From Tubiluchus corallicola (taxonomy: Eukaryota > Animalia > Priapulida), in the NCBI GenBank assembly GCA_030141605.1, contig JAQGDQ010000378.1:1-64000 (forward strand): a stretch of 64,000 bases of DNA, read 5' to 3'. The position numbers and the translations under genes are program-made. Below, piece after piece: positions 30,085 to 42,599 of the stretch. Position 1 is the stretch's first letter, and each line of letters starts with the position of its first letter. The notes beneath the pieces were generated by a model that made no database searches, was not told the DNA's origin, and saw nothing but the letters and a program-made list of their open reading frames with translations.

Positions 30085-30562
30085 GCAGAAGAAGAAGAAG
30101 AACTTAGCGAAAAGAAGAAAGAGAGGAATGCGAAGAATAAAATCAAGAAGAAACAGAAAAGTATAGGGAGAAGAAAAATAAGGCAAAGAAGAAAAACAGA
30201 ACAAAAAAGAAGAAGGCGATGAATATGAACAAGAAGTAGAAGAAGAAGACGAATAATAAACAGAGAAATATAGGAAGGAGAAAAATAAGAGAAAGAAAAA
30301 GAAGACGTTGAATACGAAGAAGAAGAAAAGGAAAAAAGATGATATAGAAAAATAAGAGAAAGAGCAAGAAGAAAAATAAGACAATGATGACTAACAGAGC
30401 CCAAAGAAGAAGAGGATGAATATGAAGAAGAAGAGGAAGAGGAAGAAGAAGAAGAAGAAGAAGAAGAAGAAGAAATAGAAAAGGAAGAGAAAAAGGAAAA
30501 ATATTTAAAATAAGACTAAGAAGAACAAGAACAAGAACAAGAGGTAAAGGAAGAAGAACAGA
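30085..30562. repeat. Purine-rich degenerate (GAA)n tract
   Basis: Directly visible. Confidence 0.92.
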
Positions 30563-30954
30563 ATTTTACTAGCATTGATAAATTGTTACTAGCTTTGAAG
30601 AATATATCAGCCTTTGCAAATTTAATTTTTTATCAGGCACCACTTTTTTCGTAAATGTCTTTATTGCATTGCTCATAAACCGCATAGGCATTACTAGTAT
30701 GGAATTTGTACTTAAACCGGCTTAATAACTAAACAAACGCTTTTACAAGACGATCTATGATGAATCTCAGATGTGGTAGATGCTAAGCAATTAGTATCAC
30801 AAAACGATTAATAATGTTAGACCACAATGACACTAACTTCCTGCGGTAATACCATCATTCGTTCAGCTAATATGAATCGGTACTGAGTTAATTAATTAAG
30901 CCTCCGCTCAGTGTTCAGGGAGGAAGATATTAGCCACGTGAAAAGTCGAATTGC

Positions 30955-31019
30955 TCACTCTCTCCACTCTGTTTCTTTCAATCACTCTCTTTCTTTGCCT
31001 GTCTGTCTGTCTGTCTGTC

Positions 31020-31072
<53 letters not shown>

Positions 31073-31144
31073 TTCTCACTCACATTCTCCCTCCCTTTCC
31101 CTCTCTCTCCCCCTCTCTCCCCCTCTCTCTCACTCATATTCTAT

Positions 31145-31192
<48 letters not shown>

Positions 31193-31274
31193 CTTCTCAC
31201 TCTCACTCTCTCTTACTCACATTCTCTCTCTCCCTTTCTCTCTCCCTTTCTCTCTCCCTCTCTCTCCCCCTCTC

Positions 31275-31332
<58 letters not shown>

Positions 31333-31372
31333 GTGTCTCTCTTTTTATCTTTTTTTCTCGTTCTTCTCTTTG
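30955..31372. repeat. Pyrimidine-rich (CT)n tract
   Basis: Directly visible. Confidence 0.95.
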
Positions 31373-32137
31373 CTATCACAATCACTGGGCGTGTTACACA
31401 AAGAAGACGCTTCTTCACTTTTATTCTCTACAGATTGGCATTCCCAAATTTTGTATTTAAGTTATTTACCCACCTGGGAAGAAAAAATCCACAACTATAC
31501 TAACTTGTCAAGTTTTGCTAAATCTAGTCTCATTTCCGCGATCTTATTCCGCCCACGCAAAGTCATCGGCTACGTGTTTTATGACTTAATACTAAATAAC
31601 CCTAAACAAAATATTCTTAAATAATTTATTTCGTAGTTGTCTTAGGCGTTAGGTTCTAATAGCAAGCGCAATGACACCAAAATGATAATGATGGTGATGA
31701 TGACGGTGACGATGAAAATTTTGAGGTTGAACCACAATACGCGTGCGTGATTATCGATAGTCTTAATTATGTTTGTTTCTATCTATATCTACTTAATCTA
31801 AAAGCGATCTACAGGCAGCAGACAGTCCAGGTATTACACAATAGATTGTGGGGCTTCTTTACGAATCTTTACAATTAATGAAGCCAGACAACTACCAGTA
31901 CAGAACAATTCCATTTCCTGTATTGGAAGAGAAAGTCTCAGAGCAGAATGCCTCAAAGAGAGAATGACTGAGCTCCTTTATAAAAGGTGAACTTTCAGAG
32001 GGGTGTTGGCCAAACTTAAACAACAAGAAGCTTGGTCAGTAAATGGATAGCTGACTGCCTGAAAAGCTGCTTCCTGGACGGTTCATACTGCCATGCCTCC
32101 GAGTTATTTACCTTATTGATGGAGGATGTATGAACGT

Positions 32138-32547
32138 TAGGGGTGAGAATCGAACGCTCGAATTCGATTCCAACGAGTTTTTTTAGTTCGAAGTCGATTC
32201 GAACCTAAAATTATAGATCCGAATAATTCAGCACTTCAGCCATGTATGTTCTTTATCCTTAAAATGTTTGAAAGAGCATGCAATTAACACAATTTAGCTG
32301 CAGCTTCTGTGCAAAATTTTTAGTAAACTAATAGTGGTTTTACTGCAGAACAAAATCAAGTACTATGCATCATGATCTATGTAAGACCACTTTTTGTTAT
32401 TGGTTCGAAAACTTGTTCGAAAATCTTTCAAACTTGATTCGAATTCGACCCGGATCCGAAATACTGAAATTCGGTTCGATTCGAATTCGAAAGCCACAAA
32501 TTCGATTCGATTCGAATTCGCTTTCTGGTAGAGAATGCTCACCCCTA
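32138..32547. mobile_element. hAT-like MITE with 8-bp target-site duplication
   Basis: Ends TAGGGGTGAGAAT / ATGCTCACCCCTA; flanks ATGAACGT / CTGAACGT (7/8 identical); many TTCGAA/GAATTCGA subterminal motifs. Confidence 0.85.
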
Positions 32548-32554
32548 CTGAACG

Positions 32555-33272
32555 TACGAACCTGGATAAAACATTTCTGGCTAATCAGTGTCTCACTTAA
32601 ATGTCTGTTCTTGGTAATAGATTTCGGTCCTGCCATTGCCACTGTCACATAAGAAAACCATGTTGCTGAGTTTTAGATATCGCAGAGTGAACAAAATGTA
32701 CAAAAAACAGTTTAAGTGGATGTCAGGCCACTGTATTTTTGCATGGCTAACAAACACCACATTTGTCTTCAAAACACTTTTATGCTTTTTGTATATAAAA
32801 CGCTTTTCTCAATAACCCATATTTCTCAAAAACAAAGACAAAATCAATGTCTACGAGGAACCTACTACGCTTCACTACTGAAAAAATTACGGGAGGCCAT
32901 CAAGACTGAGAGGCGTGGTATGCTGACGAGAGGAGTCCACAACTCGCAAGTTCCCCAAACGGAAGCACACACCTGTGACTATGAAATCCCCCTTATTCTC
33001 ATGAGCTTGCGCCCATCAGACTTCCATCTCTTTTCCTTAACGAAGTTATTTTTGAAGGGAAAACGTTTCTCACATGATGACACACTGATTTCTGAGGTCA
33101 AATCATGGCTTTTGATGCAACTTGAGAACTTCTCCAAGTGAGGTCTCCATATCTGCACAAAGTGTGCCTTGGCGGCACCTATGTAAAGAAAGACTAATAA
33201 CTGTGCCAAGTTTCATTCATCTGAGTTTATCAGGAGTGGGTCAGGGGAAATATTTATTGAACACACCTCGTA
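32555..33272 (+). mobile_element. Decayed, internally deleted mariner transposon
   Basis: GTYYASLLKKLREAIKTERRGMLTRGV, then a frameshifted PYSHELAPSDFHLF (YSPDLAPSDFHLF motif), LKGKRF and EVKSWL. Right TIR ...ATTTATTGAACACACCTCG|TA. The left boundary is uncertain. Confidence 0.85.
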
Positions 33273-33463
33273 TTTACCGTCGTTCGTTTAACAGACAACA
33301 TTAGCACTAACATCTGCTTAACGACTTGCACTACAATACAGGTCACAAAAGACAATAAACAAAATGTATGGTATATGCCATGGTGTTGGCAGCCGCTAGA
33401 CTTGAACTCAAGACTACGTGGTTACAGTCCGAAACTAAACTATTCGGCCATCTAACCCAGGAC
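33271..33463 (-). mobile_element. tRNA-derived SINE, copy 2
   Basis: Aligns end to end with 23205-23403; minus-strand TGGCCGAATAG and GAGTTCAAGTC boxes. Confidence 0.75.
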
Positions 33464-34077
33464 GATTAAAGTATCCAAGAATGACAAGAAGTATGTACAC
33501 AAATCCGAACATAGCTGTTACTTCTCTGCTAGTTCAGTGTCTTCACTTATGGAAGCGTTCTTGGTAAAGAGAAAAGTTTTGGTCCAACCACACCCATTTA
33601 TATGAAGGAAACCCTGTCTTGTCGTTGTGGGTTGGATCCCGGCTTAGAGAATGGCGAATTGGAAAGCTTCCTTTCAATTTTACCCATAATTACGAGTTAG
33701 CACAAGTTACACATTCATTCGGAATTCGGATATATATATCAACTAGTTTAATCTACAGCCAAAGGGCAAGTTTCGAATTGACCTGCATTAAAATATCTCT
33801 TTGCCAACTGTCATCCGATCACTTGTTAATATGGGCTTCGATGAATCACTGCCAAAACGCATTTTCCACTTGCGTCGACTTGTATACGTAGTTGCGGTAC
33901 TATAAGATCAAATTACACTTAGTTGCAGTTTTGAAATTTCTGTACTGTGTTAATTTTTCCGCTCTCACTTCTACTACTTTCGTCACTTAAACTTTTGAGA
34001 TAACAACTTCAAATTTAGTTAGCAAGACGTTACTTTCCTCCAGTAGGTCTATTTATGCTCTAGGCCACAGTTATCTA

Positions 34078-36830
34078 AATGTTATTATGATACACTCTTA
34101 ATTGAATATATATATTATTTATATTTAAATGATATTGAATACCATTAAATTAACATTAAAATAACCATAAAGTACAATTATCACTTCCTCTACCGTCCTG
34201 GGTTTGCTTACTGAATGTCCTGCGATGAAATGAGTGACTTTATTAAATTTTCTAAAGCCAAACATGACCGAAAAGAACAAAATATGAAAAAATAATGTCT
34301 AAATAATTAAGTATTCAAAATATCTAAATGACTATTTATAATGAGTACAATAATGAATTAATATACCCTTTTATGATTCTATAGTGTATTGTAATTATAA
34401 TTATAATTATAATTATAATTAATAGTTTATTAATACAGTGTATATTATTAATTGTTTAGAAAATAATATCAGTATGTATGCCCAAAACGATTGAGGTTAT
34501 GCGACGCAGCAAACGATGCATGATCCAACACTCACAAAAATTGTTAAATTTGTTCAAAATTTTTATAAGCGAAAACGTTCACTGCGTTGTTTTTACTTTT
34601 TTTTATAAAAGTTTAAATAAGAAACAGGCAATAAATCAGGAATTTTCTACCGCCTCAAGCCTGAATAAAATCTGAGACTTGTTTAAAGCTTTCAAATGAC
34701 ATCTACATTGCTATACAAAAAGTTTTTATCGCACACAAGCAGCGGTTTTGTTTATAATTTTTCAAACTTTTTATAAAATTGTTTACAAATATTTAAAAAC
34801 TCTAAATTAAATAAGACTGTTTACAATAACTATGATTTCTTTTCAATTGATTTACTAAACTATATGTTTATTAATGACAGCTTTTTGAAAATTGTGTATG
34901 TACTAATTTACTTAAATACCATATAAAAAGAATTCGGTCTAAATCATGAAAGTAGCTTTGTTATTAGGTCTGTATTTGTTCTCGTTCAACGTTTTGAAAT
35001 AATAGTATACGTATTGCATTTTTATATTCGCATACATTGCGCTTTGTTGAAATTACATTAATTTTGACAGTGGCTAGGTATAATCTTGCTTAACTCAAGC
35101 AAACTGTATCTATGACGGTCCGAAGCCATAGACTCAACGTACCGCAAATATCGCAAGGTTACACAATGTGTGCTTACCTACCTTGTCTAATAAGCAAATT
35201 GCCTTTATCGCTTAATGAGTGCACGCTGGAGTCTTCGCAATCCGGATATCGTATTGTTGCCTCGATTCCGACGGGATTCCGGATATCCGACATAGTCACA
35301 CCACTGAACGCACTCGCCGGGTTCCCGGGGACGGTAGGGAGGAGCCCGGCTATGTGCGCGCACCGTGATTTATAGTAAATTTCACCCTGTTTACCGTCCA
35401 GGTCCAAACTATTGTTGTTGTTATTGCTATAGTAACACTCGTGGTGATTCCAATCATAATGTTATTATGATACACTCTTAATTGAATATATATATTATTT
35501 ATATTTAAATGATATTGAATACCATTAAATTAACATTAAAATAACCATAAAGTACAATTATCACTTCCTCTACCGTCCTGGGTTTGCTTACTGAATATTC
35601 TGCGATGAAATGAGTGACTTTATTAAATTTTCTAAAGCCAAACATGACCGAAAAGAACAAAATATGAAAAAATAATGTCTAAATAATTAAGTATTCAAAG
35701 TATCTAAATGACTATTTATAATGAGTACAATAATGAATTAATATGCCCTTTTATGATAGTATAGTGTATTGTAATTATAATTATAATTATAATTAATAGT
35801 TTATTAATACAGTGTATATTATTAATTGTTTAGAAAATAATATCAGTATGTATGCCGAAAACGATTGAGGTTATGCGACGCAGCAAACGATGCATGTCCA
35901 ACACTCACAAAAATTGTTAAATTTGTTCAAAATTTTTATACGCGAAAAAGTTGACTGCGTTGTTTTTACTTTTTTTTTTATAAAAGTTTAAATAAGAAAC
36001 AGGCAATAAATCAGGAATTTTCTACCGCCTCAAGCCTGAATAAAATCTGAGACTTGTTTAAAGCTTTCAAATGACATCTACATTGCTATACAAAAAGTTT
36101 TTATCGCACACAAGCAGCGGTTTTGTTTATAATTTTTCAAACTTTTTATAAAATTGTTTACAAATATTTAAAAACTCTAAATTAAATAAGACTGTTTACA
36201 ATAACTATGATTTCTTTTCAATTGATTTACTAAACTATATGTTTATTAAAGACAGCTTTTTGAAAATTGTGTATGTACTAATTTACTTAAATACCATATA
36301 AAAAGAATTCGGTCTAAATCATGAAAGTAGCTTTGTTATTAGGTCTGTATTTGTTCTCGTTCAACGTTTTGAAATAATAGTATACGTATTGCATTTTTAT
36401 ATTCGCATACATTGCGCTTTGTTGAAATTACATTAATTTTGACAGTGGCTAGGTATGATCTTGCTTAACTCAGGCAAACTGTATCTATGACGGTCCGAAG
36501 CCATAGACTCAACGTACCGCAAATATCGCAAGGTTACACAATGTGTGCTTACCTACCTTGTCTAATAAGCAAATTGCCTTTATCGCTTAATGAGTGCACG
36601 CTGGAGTCTTCGCAATCCGGATATCGTATTGTTGCCTCGATTCCGACGGGATTCCGGATATCCGACATAGTCACACCACTGAACGCACTCGCCGGGTTCC
36701 CGGGGACGGTAGGGAGGAGCCCGGCTATGTGCGCGCACCGTGATTTATAGTAAATTTCACCCTGTTTACCGTCCAGGTCCAAACTATTGTTGTTGTTATT
36801 GCTATAGTAACACTCGTGGTGATTCCAATC
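34078..36830. repeat. Direct tandem duplication of ~1.38 kb (34078-35455 and 35458-36830)
   Basis: Copies align throughout, with roughly 15-20 small differences by eye; identical ORFs at 35112 and 36487. Confidence 0.97.
35182..35455 (-). pseudogene. Duplicated partial exon (3' ~274 nt plus donor; no acceptor or ATG)
   Basis: Matches 36557-36830; an in-frame TAA lies just upstream of the junction on the minus strand. Confidence 0.7.
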
Positions 36831-36941
36831 TGACTTGTTGTCATGGAAACTCAGTTCGGTCTTGATGCTGGCACAGCAAGGTATGGGGAATTTCTCCGGT
36901 ACAAGTTTCGCATCCTCCTCCAGAAGAGCGGAGTGCTGCAT
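36557..36941 (-). CDS. First coding exon of an unidentified large-intron gene (128 codons, MQHSALLEEDAKL...DKGNLLIRQ); possibly a transcription-factor N-terminus
   Basis: GC-rich ORF in AT-rich flanks. Acceptor tcttttcag| with exon start 36971, in-frame upstream TGA, then GAAGGCATG. Donor CAAG|GTAGGT or GTAG|GTAAGC. Contains IKTE (psi-K-x-E). Confidence 0.75.
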
Positions 36942-38307
36942 GCCTTCTCCGCACGATCACACAACTGAATCCTGAAAAGAAACGGTTGACTTATTGCATC
37001 ACCTGGATTGTACCTATAGGATGCTGCAGATTATTAATTAAAATCTGCCATAAACGGACATGATAAAGTATATACAATGAGAAGAACGCGCACGCGTCAG
37101 AGCGCGCGTTAGAATAAATTTATTATGTTGCTAATTTTTGTGTTTTTAATTACAAAATTACAACTGATGGTTTGTATTTTAAAAAAATTGACGCAAAAAA
37201 TTTACACTTTAAACTTTTTTACAATGTTTTCTGGAAAAAACTATTTTGCTAGTCTTAATTAATTAATAAATAAAAATGCTTTAATGAAAAAAAGAAGATT
37301 AAAAATGAAATATAATATAATACCATCTATTATTTAAAATTAGTACAGCCATAAGATTTTACTAAAAAGTAATTTGGATTAAATTTTGCACTAAAAGGTA
37401 TTTACGTTACTTTTACTCGGGTTATTTTTATATACAATTTTAAATTGAAATTATATAAAATTGTATAAAATACTGTTACGTATATGTTATAATTATATAC
37501 GTTTATACATTATTTAACGAAAAATTTGTCTTTATATAATTTTCATGTTCACTAACATGTACATACGGACTCTATTGCATAATTATATGATATTTTATTT
37601 CCTTTCATATATTCTTTTTGTTTTATGGATTCCATCGAAATTATTGTTTCAAAATATGTTTTTCAATATCTGGGGAAGTAATTAAAAGCGAGCTGCTTTG
37701 TTTACGATCTCAGGTAAGAAAAAAGAAAGTGAGTAAAATAAATGCGTTTACTTGCACTACAAGCTGTACCTTTGTTAAAAATGTCATAACATTTTAAATA
37801 TTAACGATAAGTGATTGCAAATTTTGATCACAAAATTTTATTACAAACTGGCAACTCACTTTGTTTATCAAACTTCAGTTTTGTTGGAAAACGTCGGAAA
37901 CACAACTCGCTATTTACATGTATTATTATGCGTGTTGTGTATATGTATGTAATTATTTGGTGTATATTTATGAACAAACAAAATTACAACAACATCACAA
38001 ATTGCAGAGCAGATATGACAAGTTAGTCCACAACAAGGCATGTTCTTTACTGCTACATCAATGGCGTCACTAAAATAGAATTTGGATGCATGTCAAAAAA
38101 AACCAACTTTTAGCAAAATGAAATGCAAGTAGTATTACAGTATTACAGGTTTGTATTACACAACAGTTATGCAAAAATGCAGCAAAATAGTTTTCTTATA
38201 TCTAACTACACATAGTCATTCAAGGAAACAGTAACAAACATTTATACATGCACCTTGTTTAGAAGTACCATTATGTGAAAACATTGACGTCAGCGATGAT
38301 ATGCAGG

Positions 38308-38371
38308 ACACACACAGACGCACACGCACAAGCACATGCACGCACGCACGCACGCACGCACACAACACGCG

Positions 38372-38437
<66 letters not shown>

Positions 38438-38438
38438 T
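38308..38438. repeat. (CA)n/(GCAC)n/(CG)n microsatellite
   Basis: Directly visible alternating purine-pyrimidine tract. Confidence 0.95.
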
Positions 38439-39524
38439 AAAGTACATACTTCTTGTCTTGCACTTCACCAATTGTAAAGAGAATGATGGTGATGATTACA
38501 TGAGTGAGTGTATTAAAAACTATCAAAAACACCAAAAATTCCATTAATCATTTTATGGCACTTTGACGTGAAATAGTTTATATATTGCCTTATTAAGAAC
38601 AGTTTTTGTAAGAGAAAATGACACGTGACATGTCATTATGAATGATCGAAAATGCTCCCCTCCGCTGGTAAAATGTGAACAAGCTAACAAGCCACACACT
38701 TATTCTTTTACAATACTGTACACAATACGCTTTTACTGTATAAGTTGTGAGAAATCAAAATGTTATTTCAACAAACATATCGACATAATTTCTTTGCTTA
38801 TTGAGGCTGCAAAAGTCGTTGTCATGCGATTGCAAAGGCTTCTATTTTAAACCAATCACGACACCGGAAGTCGAGTATTGTCGACCGAATGCTGTCCGCA
38901 ATTGCCTAGATTTGCATAAAATAGTCATCGAATGAGCAGCGCATTGATTTCAGTGCAAGAGTCTTCACAAATCATTCAGAGCGCAAGTCGTTTGTTCAGC
39001 AAATGTAACTAAATAAAAAAAGAAAAGCTTTCAACGCTAGCAGACTGATGTCAGAGCCGATCGATGGCGGAGGAAATAAAAGCGGAAGTCGAAGCATAAA
39101 TTAAGAGTCTCAAAGAGTAGCGGTTTTTTTCTCTATGGGTTCTTTTGTGCAGTGGTTAGTTGTTGTAACAATGCGATGAATGGATGTAGCGTGTGCCAGT
39201 CGCGCGCCGCCTAGTGACGGGTGAATGAAACACGAGTTGTGCTCAGTGTTTGTTGGCAAGCATGGGTAAGCAAACTCGTGCAGTGCCACGCGTCGCTCAG
39301 ATGAATCGACCACCTCCGGATTTGAGCGACATGGCTTCACTAGCTCGAGGAGGAGTCATTCACGTATTGCAAAGATGGTGAAAAGAGGAAAATTACGGGT
39401 GTTGACAGGGTAGCAAAGTAAACTAGTGATACTTCAGTCACATCACTGGCGTTAGTATCTACATTCCTTGTTTTGGGAAAGTGTAGAAAACTGTAGACAT
39501 TTTCCCCATGTCTGGCAATTTACG

Positions 39525-40185
39525 CCTACTTCACTACTTCAGAACTACTTCTACTTCAGAACTACTCCTGCTTCGATAGTCCTTCCTCAGAACTACTCTT
39601 GCTTGAAAACTACTTCTACTTCCAATCTGCTCCTGGTTCAGAACTAGTGCTACTTCAAAACTAAAGTTGCTTCAGAACTGTAGTCCTATTTCAGAACTAC
39701 TTCCACTTCAGAAGCAAGTACTGCCACTTCATGACTACTCCTATTTCAAATCTACTCATACTTTAGGACGACTTCTATTTCATAGCTGCTACTTACTTGT
39801 GAACTAGTCCTTTTTCGTGCTTCACTCTTGAGAACTACTTCAGAACTACTCCTGGTTCAGAACTAACCTGTTTAAAAACTACTGCTATTTCAGCACTACT
39901 CCTACATCAAATCTACCTTAGAACTACTTCTGCTTCATAAGTATGTCTACAATTGAGAACTTGTCCTTTTTTCACTTCACACTTGAGAACTATTGCTACT
40001 TCAGAAACTCTTGCTTCGGATCTACTCCTACTAGAGACCTATTTTACTACAAGACTAGTCCTACTTCAGAACCACTCATACTTTAGAAGTACTCCTACTT
40101 TCTACCTACTCCTGCTTCAGAACTAATCCTACTTCAGATATACTATTGCTTTGGAGTCTTCTAATTGAGAACTACTACTACAAAA
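39525..40185. repeat. Old, diverged ~17-bp satellite (consensus AGAACTACTCCTACTTC)
   Basis: AGAACTACT(T/C)CT(A/G)CTTC variants recur over ~650 bp. Confidence 0.85.
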
Positions 40186-41669
40186 ACACTTGCGACGTTA
40201 AGATGTTAAATATTAAGTGTCACTAACCCTTTACCTCCACAAGTACTTTTTATTCATCTTGCAGCACTCAGTTAGAATCAGCACTACACTACAGATGAAG
40301 CCAGACCATACGAAGGGTACCAACAGGCTCCAGCATCGCTACAACCTCTGCAACTACTACAGCCCCACGTAACACACCACCAACATTGCCAGCATCATTG
40401 TTGCTGTTGCTATCACCAGTGGTGTTGCCACAAGCGCCACCGTTAGTTGCAGCAAACAACTATAACATCTATTTAACCAATCATAAGTTAAAGGTTATCA
40501 TTATTCGCTTATCCTATCCCACGAAGGCTGAGAAAATTGATGTAAATTTATCCCGTTACTACATTCTCTACCACTGTTATTGCCTAAAGCACCTCTGTAA
40601 GTTTCTATCACTTTAAGTAGCATAGAATAGCAAATCTGCTAGCTTATCAAAAAGCAGACATTTTCATAAAAAAATACTAGAAATAGTTTTTGGAAAATTT
40701 TGTCATGAGTTTTTGATCTATCCTTGCTTATATGCTCATAAGAATTTGCATTCTAAAGAACAAAATGTCATTTTCAATCATTACGGTATCAGCAATCTTT
40801 CCTTAAAGTTAAATTAAACTATAATATAAGCTTTTACAACTTAAAATCTTACTCTCACTAGAAATATTCAATTTATTTTATTATAAACTTGTTTTTTATA
40901 TTTTTATCACTTTGTTGTTACGGGAATTAAATCTCATGAACCGCCTTTTTCGTTGCGTGAGACGAATGACGTTATGACGTCACGAAGGCACCAAAGATTG
41001 GTAAATAAACATCAGTAACCAGAAACGTTTTCTGTACCCCGTGCGTCATTCTCGCTCACTCACACCAAAGACGCGAAACACGGCGATCTTTACGGCAACC
41101 CACGCATTCGAAACTTGCCAGAAAAAGATAAGTTATTTAATTTACAAGTCTCTTTTGTTTAATGATAACTACGAATTCTCTGCGTAATCGTAATAATACG
41201 TTAAAAAAGCTTCAATGTCTGGTAGGGTTATATAGGCCTTCGTATAGCCAATTCATTTAATCAAGTTTTTATTTACAGAAATTTGAGTAACAAACTGCTA
41301 GTTTTTGTAAAAGCTAATTAAGAAATCCGAGAAGCAGTATTGCGTTAATTACCTTCTTTCTGTTAATATAATTACGTCAACAGAACACTTGTTTTTGTTT
41401 TCAGCACTCACATGCCTCGGTTGCTAAACTACGCATAGCCTCTCGTCTTAAAGCTTAATGGATAAAAAGAAGCTTAACTAATGTGTTCTAATCACTGATA
41501 ACGAGATTGTTAATTACCTTAGTTTACAAGCTTTTAGGATGCTAACATGTGAGCACTGACTTGGGCAGAATTAATATATACTAGCAAAATCGGGTGCTGC
41601 TAGTAAAACTAGTAAAACCTTCTGAATCGCTATTCTCCGACTCAGGCTGATTTCGAACGTGGAAGCAGC

Positions 41670-42015
41670 CGTTCCCTTTCATTCTCTAGCGCACTCTTTC
41701 TCGTTTCGTATTTCCTTTCTTTCTTTATCTCCTCTGTCTGGCTTCCCTCTCTTTCCCTTTGTGTCTTTCCCTTTCTCTCACTGTTTTTTCTTTCTCATGT
41801 GTGCCTCCTCTCCCTCTCTCTTTTGTCTTTTTCTTATTCTTTCTTTTCTTTCTTGATCTCTCACGCCTGCCCACCCTCATTTTCAGCTCTGTGTTTCCCT
41901 TTCCGTCATCTCCTTTTTCTCTTTGTATCTTCTTTCTTTCACTATTTTACTCTTCTCTTTCTCTTCTCTCACTCTCCTCTCTCTCTCACTCACTTTCTCT
42001 CTGTCCTATTTTCTG
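41670..42015. repeat. CT-rich low-complexity tract
   Basis: Directly visible. Confidence 0.9.
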
Positions 42016-42599
42016 TCATTCTAGCTGGTTACCTTAGCACTCCAAAATTATTATTAAACTAACCTAATAAACTTTATTTATGTTCTGAATAAATGAATTT
42101 GCAACAGTATAAGTATTTAGTATAAGCTCTATTATTATTCACAGTAATTCCACTATGTACAAGTTGGAAAAATGTGATACATTTCACAGAAGGACAGATA
42201 TATACAATTAGTTTATTTGCAAATATAATACACAAAATAGTTAATTAACTCAAGCGAATAAGTTATTAATTTTAATTAATAAAATACTTATTAAAATACT
42301 TATTCTACTATACACAAACTTTAGAATAGAATTATTATGGCGACCAAAGTAACAAACACTTTCTTGAATAAGCCAAAGAAATCAGGCAATAAATACCAAA
42401 CCTCATGAAGACTTGCAATCTGGACGTTTGATAACACAGCTACAAGGTAGCTGTAGACAGGCGTCCGACTTTTCTTAGATATGTCCTTATGCACTTCTCA
42501 ATTTATCACAAGCAAGTGAAAACAGAATAACAATTAATAATGAATAATAATTACAAATTTATATTATAGCAAGATTTAATTTTTTTACAAAAAAACTAA

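Noticed and set aside
29964-31624. Hydrophobic or Leu/Ser-rich ORFs resembling membrane proteins
   Set aside because: Derived from GAA and CT low-complexity tracts.
35112-36750. Two identical 87-aa plus-strand ORFs as a gene pair
   Set aside because: They overlap the minus-strand exon in antisense; the splice signals support the minus strand.
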